Shown here: positions 8,927 to 18,900 of the stretch, one piece after another
How positions within the stretch are numbered: position 1 is the stretch's first letter
How the letters are laid out: every line of letters begins with the position of its first letter
Source of the DNA: a virus
Direction: 5' to 3' (one strand)
Length of the DNA: 41,432 bases
UHGV virus genome: UHGV-1461890
Translations under genes and position numbers: made by a program
Notes under the pieces: generated by a model
Database searches by the model: none
The model's input: only the letters and a program-made list of their open reading frames with translations
What the model was told of the DNA's origin: nothing

Positions 8927-9949
8927 ATGAAAAACATTTTTAAAATCAACCTTCAGCTCTTCGCTGAAATGAACACTCAGGTAACCACACAGTCTTCTCT
9001 CACACCTGAGATGAAGACCTACTATGACATGACCCTCATTGACGAGGCAAGTGCAAAGCTTGTACATGACCAGTTCGGTCAGAAGAAGCCTATTCCAAAG
9101 GGCAGCGGTAAAACCATCGAGTTCCGTAAGTTCTCACCTCTTGGTAAGGCTACCACACCTCTTACTGAAGGTGTTACTCCTAACGGTAACAGCCTGACTG
9201 TAACTGCTATCACCGCTACTGTTGCTCAGTATGGTGACTACATCGTACAGTCTGATGTGCTTGAACTCACCTCTCTCGATAACACAATTATCGAGGCTAC
9301 CAAGCTCTTAGGTAATCAGGCAGGTCTCACTCTTGATACCATCACTCGTAACATTCTTCAGGCAGGTACTAACGTATCATATTGTCCTAAGATTGCTGCT
9401 GACGGTACTGAGACAGAGGTTACATCTCGTGCTACACTCGATGCTACTTGTCAGCTTACTGTTGATATGGTACAGAGAGCAGTAACTAAGCTCAGAGCGC
9501 AGAACGCTCCTACCATTGATGGTGACTATGTTGCTATTATCCATCCTTATGTTGCTTATGACCTCATGAGAGACAAGGAATGGATTGAGGCTCACAAGTA
9601 TGCTACTCCCGAAAACATCTATGCAGGTGAAATCGGCAAGATAGCAGGTTGCCGCTTCGTACAGTCCACCGAGGCTAAAATTTATAAGGGTGATGGTTGT
9701 CCTACAGGCCTTGCTGTATTCGGTACTCTCTTCTTAGGCTCAGGTGCTTATGGTGTAACTGAGATTACAGGCGGTGGTTTGCAGACTATCGTTAAGCAGA
9801 AGGGTTCTGCCGGTACTGCTGACCCACTTGACCAGAGAAGCTCTGTAGGTTGGAAGGCTATTAAGACTGCTGAAAGACTTGTAGAAAACTACATGGTTCG
9901 TGTAGAGTCTTGCTCTAAGAGATACTCTGCAACAGCAGTAGCTAACTAA
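8927..9949 (+). CDS. major capsid protein with L27-like N-terminal leader (MKNIFKINLQLF|AE)
   Basis: 340 aa with RBS AAAGGAGA. It follows the scaffold gene, has the Prp-type leader motif, and is followed by a strong hairpin terminator. Confidence 0.75.
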   Translation: MKNIFKINLQLFAEMNTQVTTQSSLTPEMKTYYDMTLIDEASAKLVHDQFGQKKPIPKGSGKTIEFRKFSPLGKATTPLTEGVTPNGNSLTVTAITATVAQYGDYIVQSDVLELTSLDNTIIEATKLLGNQAGLTLDTITRNILQAGTNVSYCPKIAADGTETEVTSRATLDATCQLTVDMVQRAVTKLRAQNAPTIDGDYVAIIHPYVAYDLMRDKEWIEAHKYATPENIYAGEIGKIAGCRFVQSTEAKIYKGDGCPTGLAVFGTLFLGSGAYGVTEITGGGLQTIVKQKGSAGTADPLDQRSSVGWKAIKTAERLVENYMVRVESCSKRYSATAVAN

Positions 9950-9957
9950 TTAAACTT

Positions 9958-9991
9958 GGGGGAGGGATAACTCCCTTCCCCTTCTCATTTT
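9958..9991 (+). terminator. rho-independent terminator after the capsid gene
   Basis: GGGGGAGGGAT-AA-CTCCCTTCCCC hairpin followed by TTCTCATTTT. Confidence 0.6.
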
Positions 9992-10005
9992 AAGGAGTGA
10001 AATAT

Positions 10006-10254
10006 ATGGCAAATAACACAGCCGCAAATAAACCCGAAGTGGTTAAAGAAAAGATAGTAAAAATCATTGTTCCTAAAACAAGGGAATTGCAAGATGATGT
10101 TTTTGTATCGGTGAATGACCGTACATGGCAGATTCAAAGAGGCGTTGAGGTAGAAGTTCCTGAATGTGTTGTTGAGGTATTAAAACACCAGACAGAAATG
10201 GAAAACATAGCTCTCGCATACGAAGCACAGGCCTCAAGTCCTAAAAATCATTAA
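10006..10254 (+). CDS. small virion-associated hypothetical protein
   Basis: ATG at 10006 with RBS AAGGAGTG. The track's 9997 start lies inside the RBS. Confidence 0.5.
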   Translation: MANNTAANKPEVVKEKIVKIIVPKTRELQDDVFVSVNDRTWQIQRGVEVEVPECVVEVLKHQTEMENIALAYEAQASSPKNH

Positions 10255-10265
10255 GTAAAAAATTT

Positions 10266-10290
10266 GGGGAGTTCTGAAACTCCCCTTTTA
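10266..10290 (+). terminator. hairpin terminator/attenuator inside the late operon
   Basis: GGGGAGTT-CTGA-AACTCCCC followed by TTTTA. Confidence 0.55.
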
Positions 10291-10311
10291 TCAAATTTGG
10301 AGGTAGACACA

Positions 10312-10680
10312 ATGAAGATTATTGAAGCAATACAACAGGTGGATGCTCTCAAGCCTAATAACTATAGTCAGGAAGACAAGATAAAATGGCTGTCTACCCT
10401 TGACGGAATCATTAAAAAGGAAATCATAGATACTCACGAGGGCGGCAACGAAATCGTATTTAACGGATATGATAGTTCTTCACTTGAGACAGAACTGCTT
10501 GTACCGGCACCTTATGATGATATCTATATCAAATGGCTTGAGGCACAGATTGATTATAACAATAGTGAAATAGGAAAATACAACAACAGTATGACTATGT
10601 ATAACTCGGCTTATAGCACCTTTGAAAGATATTACAACAGAACTCACATGCCGATAGGAAAGAAATTTAAATACTTTTAA
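10312..10680 (+). CDS. hypothetical head/connector-region protein
   Basis: ATG at 10312 with RBS GGAGGTAGACACA. The longer track ORF would read through the upstream hairpin. Confidence 0.5.
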   Translation: MKIIEAIQQVDALKPNNYSQEDKIKWLSTLDGIIKKEIIDTHEGGNEIVFNGYDSSSLETELLVPAPYDDIYIKWLEAQIDYNNSEIGKYNNSMTMYNSAYSTFERYYNRTHMPIGKKFKYF

Positions 10681-10691
10681 GGAGGAATATT

Positions 10692-12413
10692 ATGAGACTT
10701 TCAGGACTAACCGAACTTGCTACATCTCGTGATGTGGTAGAGGTGTTTGGTGGATACAATCATAACCTCCGCATAGCCAATTCTGAGTTTTACGATATGA
10801 AAAACCTGACCTCTGATGAATACCCGGTGCTATCTACAAGAAATAAAAGAGGCGTGGTTAAACAATTAGACTCATGCAAAGGAATAACAGCAAAAGGAAA
10901 ACTTGCCTATGTTGAAGGAAAAAAGCTTATATATGGCGATTATGTGCATGAAATTCCTGAACTTACCGATGGAGATAAGCAGCTTGTTTCGTTTGGCGCT
11001 TATTTAATCATCTTCCCTGATGGAATACAATACAATACCCAAACTGATGAGTGGGAACACCTTGAGGCTCATTACAAATCATCAGGTGAGGTTAAGTTTG
11101 AAATGTGCAACATAGAAAGCTCAGCCTATGAATATACATCAGGCCCGACAGCACCGGCAGAAGAAAACGGAAAGTATTGGCTTGACACATCGTCTAGTCC
11201 ACATAGCTTAAAGGTGTACTCTTCTACATCACAAATGTGGAGTACAGTACCAACCTGTTATGTAAAAATATCAGCACTTGGTATAGATGAGCATTTTGAA
11301 CTATATGACGGTATTGAAATAAGTGGTTGCACAGCGCCCGGCACATCTGACCTTAACAGCACGATGGTTATATGGGGAAAAGGCGAAGGATATATCACCG
11401 TTATTGGTGTGTTAGACCACATGGTTACTCAAGAGGATGTTATATCGGTGGATAGAAGCATACCTACTATGGACTTTATAACTGAAAGCGAAAACAGATT
11501 ATGGGGATGCCATTACGGAATTATAGATGGCAAACCTGTAAATGAAATATATGCCTGTAAATTAGGAGATGCAAAGAATTGGAACTGTTTTATGGGAATA
11601 TCCTCGGACAGTTATGCAGTATCTCTCGGTAGTGATGGCGTGTTTACAGGTGCAATAACCCACTTAGGACACCCATTATTCTTCAAAGAAAACTGTATAC
11701 ATAAGATATATGGCAATCTGCCTTCCAATTATCAGGTGAGTACAACCAACTGTAGAGGTGTTCAGCGAGGAAGCGAAAAGAGCCTTGCTATAGTAAACGA
11801 GGTCATTTTATACAAATCTGCTGTGGATGTGTGTGCCTATGATGGCAGCCTTCCTACTTCAGTATCAGATAATCTTGGCTCTGTGAGATATTTTGAAGCT
11901 GTAGCAGGAAGCATCGACGGAAAATATTACATCAGTATGAGAGATGCTGCAAATGAGTGGAACTTATTCGTATTCGATACCATTAAAAATATGTGGCACA
12001 AGGAAGATAATACCCATATAAAAGGCTTTTGTACACTCGGCACAGACCTTTATTTAGTAACCGATGATAACGCCCTGATGACTACAACAGGCACAGGAGA
12101 GACCAAAGAATCGAAGATTAAGTGGTTTGCAGAGACAGGTAGCATAGGTTATAGCTATCCAGATAACAAATATCTGTCAAAACTTAATGTCAGAATGACT
12201 CTTAATGTTGATAGCTCGGTGGCATTGTACATACAGTACGATTCGTTTGGAGAGTGGGAGCGTAAGTGGAGTATGAATGGTGTAGGCACAAGGTCCTTTA
12301 CCATACCTATTATCCCTAAGAGATGCGACCATTTTAAGATAAGATTTGAAGGTGAAGGAGATTGCAGAATATTCTCCATTGCTAAAATGCTTGAGATGGG
12401 AAGTGATGTGTAA
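10692..12413 (+). CDS. virion structural protein (putative tail/hub component)
   Basis: 573 aa with RBS AAGGAGG in the late operon. No recognisable motif; function inferred from position only. Confidence 0.45.
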   Translation: MRLSGLTELATSRDVVEVFGGYNHNLRIANSEFYDMKNLTSDEYPVLSTRNKRGVVKQLDSCKGITAKGKLAYVEGKKLIYGDYVHEIPELTDGDKQLVSFGAYLIIFPDGIQYNTQTDEWEHLEAHYKSSGEVKFEMCNIESSAYEYTSGPTAPAEENGKYWLDTSSSPHSLKVYSSTSQMWSTVPTCYVKISALGIDEHFELYDGIEISGCTAPGTSDLNSTMVIWGKGEGYITVIGVLDHMVTQEDVISVDRSIPTMDFITESENRLWGCHYGIIDGKPVNEIYACKLGDAKNWNCFMGISSDSYAVSLGSDGVFTGAITHLGHPLFFKENCIHKIYGNLPSNYQVSTTNCRGVQRGSEKSLAIVNEVILYKSAVDVCAYDGSLPTSVSDNLGSVRYFEAVAGSIDGKYYISMRDAANEWNLFVFDTIKNMWHKEDNTHIKGFCTLGTDLYLVTDDNALMTTTGTGETKESKIKWFAETGSIGYSYPDNKYLSKLNVRMTLNVDSSVALYIQYDSFGEWERKWSMNGVGTRSFTIPIIPKRCDHFKIRFEGEGDCRIFSIAKMLEMGSDV

Positions 12414-13129
12414 TGGCATTTACATTTACTCCTCCCAATATTACAGGAGCCACGCCTGAGGCTCAGCTTAAATCAATGCAATCATGGTTGTTTCAGTTTG
12501 GAGAACAGCTCCAATATGCAATAAACAACCTTGACACCTCTAATTTTAGTCAGGGTGGCCTTGAGGAAATATCAGGTGCAAAGGCTACATTACAAGCTAA
12601 AGGTGGTAACCTCGAAGAGTTTGATGCCCTTAAATCCCTTATTATAAAAACCTCTGATACAGTTCATTCATATTTTGAAGAGGTAACCGAGACACTTAAT
12701 AGTGATTACCTTGCTATTTCTGATTTTGGTGAGTATAGCGAAAGTAACAAGGCAGAGATAGTTAAAAATGCTTTAGGAGTTACTCAAAACTATTCAAGAA
12801 TAGAAGAGGCTTTTAAGAAATTAGACTCGGTAGAGACATCGTTTAATGCCTATGTAATAAAAACTAACGCCTACATCCGCACAGGTTACCTAGAGCAGCT
12901 TGACACCTATGGCGTTGCAATAGGCGAAGAAAAAACAGAAACGATTGATGGTGTAGAGGCTGTAACATTTAATCAATTTGCTACATTGACATCCGAAGAA
13001 CTCGCCTTTTGGCAGAATGGTGTTAAACTAGGATATTTTAAGGGTGATAGTTTGTTTGTCAACGGTGCTATCCGTATAGGAAGATGGGCCATAGATATAT
13101 CCGGTGGCTTTAGTATTAAATACGTTTAA
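12413..13129 (+). CDS. virion structural protein (putative)
   Basis: 238 aa with start overlapping the upstream stop (TAATG). Confidence 0.45.
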   Translation: MAFTFTPPNITGATPEAQLKSMQSWLFQFGEQLQYAINNLDTSNFSQGGLEEISGAKATLQAKGGNLEEFDALKSLIIKTSDTVHSYFEEVTETLNSDYLAISDFGEYSESNKAEIVKNALGVTQNYSRIEEAFKKLDSVETSFNAYVIKTNAYIRTGYLEQLDTYGVAIGEEKTETIDGVEAVTFNQFATLTSEELAFWQNGVKLGYFKGDSLFVNGAIRIGRWAIDISGGFSIKYV

Positions 13130-13141
13130 AGGAGGGATTGT

Positions 13142-14698
13142 ATGGGTTCAACATATCAAGCACACATAAGCAAATTTACTCCATCCATTGTGGTAAATGG
13201 CACAAATAAAATAGATGTCACCGTAGCATTTACTAATGTACAAACAGGAGAACTTGGATACGAAAATGATTTATATATTAAATTTGGTGACAGGTATTTA
13301 TATAAATACCTTGACACAACATCCTCATCACCTCAAACTTTTTCTTTTACCATTCCTGTTGATTGGTTAAATGAAATCCCTGATAAATCTGTGGCAACAG
13401 GCACAATAGAGTTAACGTGTCTAGATGTATATGCTTTTGAAGTTGCATATAAAGAAACTAAACCCTTCACAATATATGTTCCCGAAGAGTATAAGCCTAC
13501 AGTATCTAATTTGTCGGTAAGCTTCGGTGATATACGAAGTATGCTTGTTGATTATGCACTTTATGGATTGACAACTCCTCGTGCAAGAGCATTTGTACAA
13601 CCTCATTCTACTTCGCCTATAAAAAAATGGTACATTGCAGGCGGTGGCGTTATTGCTTCAGGGGAAGACCCTGATATATCAGACAATAATGACTATAACT
13701 TTTCGGAACGAGGAGAACTCATTAAAGCATTGAGCCACACAACATTCACCTTGACGGTGGAAGATGCACGAGGCAGAACCGCTTCCATAGAATCGGAGCA
13801 GTTTTATGTTCAATCATATCACCGACCTATAGTTAAGAGCCTATCTGCTTATCGCACAGATAAGGATGGTATTGCCAAAGCAGACGGAGACTACATCAAG
13901 GTTACTGTTGAAGGAGCAAAGTCTTCAATAAAGGATAGCGAGGATAATGAGTGCAATAGTCTGGCGTGTTATGTGGATTGGAAAGAGGCTAATGGCTCAT
14001 ATAGTAATTTTGCTGATATAACCAATAACGAACCTTTTATCTTTGAGGCTAAAAAAGATACGAACTTTGAAATAAAGTGTACGCTCCGGGATAAATATAT
14101 GGAAACTGTAGCTTATGCCAACGTAATAGGTGATAACAAAGATTTTAATATTGCTGATGGTGGCGGTGGTGCTGCTATAGGCATGAAGGCTACTAAGGAT
14201 TACTTTGATGTATTACATAAAACCCGTTTACAAAAGAACCTAAGTGCTAAAGGTACTATTTCATCAGAAAAAGGCTTAGTTAGTACAGGTACAGGCAGTA
14301 AAGGAGACTTCCTTTCGTTTGGTAAGGCAGAAAGAATATTTACAGACTATCACCAAACCGCTGAAGGAAATTGGGTTGTTAATATTTGGGGTGATTTTAA
14401 TGATTGCACATCATTAGGCTTATATGGAGTTTACAATAACAACGATGTGTCATCTTCCAATTATTACAAGGTAGCAAATGCTCCTTGTGAAAAGGCAGGT
14501 ACATTAAGAGTGTATTGCGCCAATGGTGATATGGATGAATCCTCAACCTACCGATACATAATGCAAGAATATGTGGTATATGACGGTAGTGCAGTATACC
14601 GAAGGTGTTTATCTAAAACTCGTGACAATTCAGATGTAGAATGGCCTGCAAATTGGACATTTGGCAGCTGGTATCGTTACTCAGGAACAAAAGTTTAA
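13142..14698 (+). CDS. virion structural protein (putative)
   Basis: 518 aa with RBS AAAGGAGGG. Confidence 0.45.
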   Translation: MGSTYQAHISKFTPSIVVNGTNKIDVTVAFTNVQTGELGYENDLYIKFGDRYLYKYLDTTSSSPQTFSFTIPVDWLNEIPDKSVATGTIELTCLDVYAFEVAYKETKPFTIYVPEEYKPTVSNLSVSFGDIRSMLVDYALYGLTTPRARAFVQPHSTSPIKKWYIAGGGVIASGEDPDISDNNDYNFSERGELIKALSHTTFTLTVEDARGRTASIESEQFYVQSYHRPIVKSLSAYRTDKDGIAKADGDYIKVTVEGAKSSIKDSEDNECNSLACYVDWKEANGSYSNFADITNNEPFIFEAKKDTNFEIKCTLRDKYMETVAYANVIGDNKDFNIADGGGGAAIGMKATKDYFDVLHKTRLQKNLSAKGTISSEKGLVSTGTGSKGDFLSFGKAERIFTDYHQTAEGNWVVNIWGDFNDCTSLGLYGVYNNNDVSSSNYYKVANAPCEKAGTLRVYCANGDMDESSTYRYIMQEYVVYDGSAVYRRCLSKTRDNSDVEWPANWTFGSWYRYSGTKV

Positions 14699-14719
14699 AA
14701 TCTATAGGAGGAATGGTAA

Positions 14720-15901
14720 ATGGGAGATTTTAAGTATAAAGAATTTAAGTATGATGATTGGAAATATGATGACTATGTTGAGAGTGAGCAGGTCAACAAA
14801 TACAAGTACAATCTAGACAATCACAACTCATCAAAACCGGGCGAATATCAATCAAAGTATCAGGCTGTGGCTGATGAGGTCCTAAACAACTATATGAATA
14901 GAGATAAGTTCTCTTATGATATTAACGGAGATGCACTCTATCAGCAGTACAAGGATAAATTTATGACACAGGGCAAGTTAGCATCTCAGGATGTAATGGC
15001 TCAGGCTGCTGCTATGACAGGTGGCTATGGTAACTCTTATGCCGCAACAGTAGGCAATCAGGCATATCAAGCCTCGTTGCAGAATCTTAATGATGTTGTT
15101 CCTGAACTATACCAAATGGCATATAACCAATATCAGCAAGAAGGTCAGGATATGCTCAATAAATATAGCATCTATGCGGATAGAGAAAATACCGAGTATG
15201 GTAGATATAGAGATTCTGTGGCTGATTGGCAGAGCGAAAGAGAATACCTTACCAACCTTTACAATACTGAGAGGTCTTGGGATTATAGCAAATACTCCGA
15301 TAATCGCAACTTTGATTATGGTGTATATTCCGATGATAGAAACCTCGCCTATACTCAGTATGATAGCGACAGGAACCTTGCTTACACCGACTATAGAAAT
15401 GATATAGCAGACCAACAATGGCAGGCAACATTTGATGAAGGTGTAAGACAGTATAACCAAAATTATGAATATCAGGTAGGTCGAGATAAAGTTGCAGACC
15501 AACAATGGCAGGATACCTTTAACCAAGCTCTTGCTGAATTTGGTTATCAGAAAGAGAGAGACACAATCGCAGACCAACAATGGCAGGATAGCTATGATTT
15601 ACAGGCAGAACAAATTCGTAATAATGAAAAGGCTGCTGCTTATGATGCTATTGTTAAGTCTGAAGAAAATGTTAAAAATGCGAAGAGCAAGATATTGTCT
15701 ATACACGATTTCCTAAACAATGCTACAAAAAATGTAATTACTCGTGGAAATAGAGGAAATACAGGTAATGGTGGCACAACATATACTTACAACAAAAAGA
15801 CCTACAACACATATACCGACTATGTTTTTGATGTTCTTGATGGCTTGAATTTAACAGATGATGAAATGGCAACCGTACTCAAGGATTTAGGCCTTGCATA
15901 A
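14720..15901 (+). CDS. Tyr/Gln/Asp-rich repeat protein (putative internal/ejection protein)
   Basis: 393 aa with RBS ATAGGAGGAA. Contains three copies of an IADQQWQ(D/A)(T/S)(F/Y) peptide repeat and NLAYT(Q/D)Y repeats. Confidence 0.45.
   Translation: MGDFKYKEFKYDDWKYDDYVESEQVNKYKYNLDNHNSSKPGEYQSKYQAVADEVLNNYMNRDKFSYDINGDALYQQYKDKFMTQGKLASQDVMAQAAAMTGGYGNSYAATVGNQAYQASLQNLNDVVPELYQMAYNQYQQEGQDMLNKYSIYADRENTEYGRYRDSVADWQSEREYLTNLYNTERSWDYSKYSDNRNFDYGVYSDDRNLAYTQYDSDRNLAYTDYRNDIADQQWQATFDEGVRQYNQNYEYQVGRDKVADQQWQDTFNQALAEFGYQKERDTIADQQWQDSYDLQAEQIRNNEKAAAYDAIVKSEENVKNAKSKILSIHDFLNNATKNVITRGNRGNTGNGGTTYTYNKKTYNTYTDYVFDVLDGLNLTDDEMATVLKDLGLA
15407..15587 (+). repeat. three exact copies of GCAGACCAACAATGGCAGG (spacing 87 and 75 nt) inside the 14720..15901 CDS
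   Basis: 19-mer at 15407, 15494 and 15569 encodes ADQQWQ. Confidence 0.8.
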
Positions 15902-15916
15902 TAAGGAGGGCAAATT

Positions 15917-18900
15917 ATGGGAGCTAAAGATGTATATGAGCAGTTAAAACGAGAAAAACAACAAGGCAATTCTAAAGCCAAAAAAGTCTACGCTCAAATG
16001 ATGCAATCTAAAATAATAGATGAATTCAATTCTCTTATAAAGCATAATTCGGACTTTTACAATAAAACCAAGTCTCGTTTTTATGACGAAGATGACAACT
16101 TTATAGACATCTATCGTTCTGATTCAGAAGATTGGAAAAACACAGCGGTTTCCATGTCAAGTTCTGCTAGAGAAAAGTCTACAAATATAAGAAGTTTGCT
16201 GGATGAATATGGTTCGTATTATGATGCGGATACTGTATCGAGTATGTTAAAAACCCTTGATGAGCATGAAAAATTCTCTACTGACATTGTAAAACAAGCG
16301 GTAGAACAACATGACTATTTTTCCGAGTATAAAGACGAGAATGACTACAACCAAAAGGTTGTTATACCTAAAAATCAAAATGAAGAGTGGGCCTCAGCCA
16401 ATACTGAGGCTCTGAAAACTGAGATTGGCAACCTTGAAACATCTTATAAGGCATATTCAGAACTTAAATCAAAGAGAAATTTAAGAAGTTCTCAGCTTAT
16501 ATCCAACTATATAAAGTCAGGTTATACGAGAGATGAGGCAGTAAAATTAGCCGCTAAAGACAAGGATATTATCGAATACGATAAAAAGTTATCTGTTTAT
16601 GGAGATATGAGTAATGCTGAAAAATCTCTCTCCGAAAAGAAGCAGTTTTACAACAATGCCACTCGTGTTCAGGAAGGCTTATCTTTAAGCGGAATAACTG
16701 ACCCTTCATCCAAGCACTATGACCCAAATTATCTCAAGTATTCAGCAAAAGGTGAGGCTATGGGTGATGAGAAAAACGGTGGTTTTTTTACACCTGATAC
16801 TCAGCGCAAAAACCAAGTGGCTTACCTCCGTAACAATCCCGATATGTTGGAACTGTATGAAGAAACTGCCAACGATGCTAATGGCGCATCATGGGGAACT
16901 TCCGAAAGAATATTACTAGACCAAATTGAATATAAAGCCGCTAAGTATATGACAGATGAAGAGTTTTTAATTTACAATGCCTACTTAGGCAAGGGAGACA
17001 AAGAATCGGCTGATAAATATTTGGAGAGTATAGAGGAGACTTTAACCTCTCGTCAGGGTGCGGCGATTTCTGAACAGCAAGATACTTGGCTTAAAAAACA
17101 ATTATTTAGCGTTTATGCAGGACTCGACCAATGGGAACAAGGCATTATCAGTTTAGGTAACACCGAAGGAAAATATGACTCCCCTACAGGCGTACAGTTT
17201 GCCTCAGGCACAATAAGAGAAGACTTGGGTGCAATCGGTCAAGGTGCTTATGACTTAGGCGTTACTACAGGAAACATGCTCCCATCCATTTTGGTTTCAT
17301 ATCTCACAAGTGGTGTTGGTGGTGCAGTAGGTTTAGGCGCAAAGGCAGCAGGAACACTAGGCAAAGTAGCCGGTGCCGCAACCTTGGGAAGCTCGGCAGC
17401 AGGTAATGGTTATCAGGAAATGCTCAACCTTGGCTATGATAAGAGTCAGGCACAGGCTTATGGCACTCTTGTAGGCCTTTCCGAAGCAGGTCTTGAGTAT
17501 GTATTGGGTGGTATTTCATCCCTTGGTGGTACGGTTTCAGGTGGCATAACTGACAAGGTCGTTACTAAGTTAGTTTCTAACATGGATAAGGCTATCGCTA
17601 AGGTAGCCATTGGCGCAGGTGGTAAACTTGTAGGTAGTATGGTATCTGAATTTGGAGAAGAATACCTGCAAGAAGTATTAGACCCGGTATTTAAAAACAT
17701 AACGCTTAACACCGATGAGGATATAAGGTTATTCTCCTCCGAGGCTCTTTATGCAGGTATACTAGGTGCATTGTCAGCAGGTTTGCTTGAGGGTGGTTCG
17801 AGTATATCAGGTGAGGTTGCAACCTATAAAGCAGGTAAGGATGTTAAGAACACAGGTCAGTTAAGTAACCTTAAAAAGTTCGGCACATCATTTTCTGCTG
17901 ATACCGTTGCATATAAGATTGCAAGTCAGGTTGATGAGAACACCGATGCTTATACCATAGGTCAGCTGCTACATGAAGTGGGCGCAGATAGTTTATCTGA
18001 AGCAAATATAGCTGACATAGTAAAATCTCTTGAGAGGAAAAACATATCTCCCGAACACGCTCAAACCATTGCTGAGTGGTTAAACGCTTCTGTTCAAGGT
18101 GAGGTATTTAATCCTCTTCAGCGATTAGCTTTAAAAAATCCTGATATAGCACAAACCTTTAAGGATGTTATTATAAACCAGAACTCTACAGTAAATCAAA
18201 GGATGCAGAGTTATACCGACATCCTTCAAAATATCGCCAATGAAAAGGAAATTATAAAGGCTAACAAAAGCAAAGCAAAGGCTGAGAAGAAAGCTAATAA
18301 AACCAAAACAACCGAAGAAACAAAAACTACACCTTTTGTTCCTTTGTCTAATGAAGCAATTACTGCTTCTAAGATAGAATCACTAGCAAAAGAACTTGAA
18401 AGCGAAGGTGTATCACCTGAATTGGCTCAGGTTATGGCTCAGAGGAAGGTTTCTGAATCTTCAGAGGGTAAATCTGTTGCCGATACTGAAAATGCTATAG
18501 AGAACAAATTTGAAACCAATTTAGATGGACAAACACTCAACACAAAAACAGGTGATAGTGTTAATGTGTCTGAAATAGCCTCTATAAAAGATGGCAAAAT
18601 GACCTTAAAACTTGACAATGGTGAAACTGTAGATGCAGACGATATTAGTTTTGGTACTGAAGATGAGGGTTTAATCTATTCGACAGTATTAGACATGGGT
18701 GTTAATGCCGCTGTAGCAAACTCTCTTGTAAAAAATTACAGTCCATCGGACAAGCTCTCAGCAAGACAATATGCTCTTGGCATTAAAGAGGCATATAAGT
18801 ATGGCTCTTATGGTATGCCTATAAACGAAATATCTAAAAACGGTTTTGCCGCTGATTTAAGTGAGGCTCAGAGGACTCATGCCTATAACCTTGGCAAATC

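Noticed and set aside
15107-15580. 157-aa minus-strand ORF and 105-aa plus-strand alternative frame inside the 14720..15901 gene
   Set aside because: They overlap a strongly supported repeat-containing CDS. Both are hydrophobic, low-complexity artefacts of the AT-rich repeat region.
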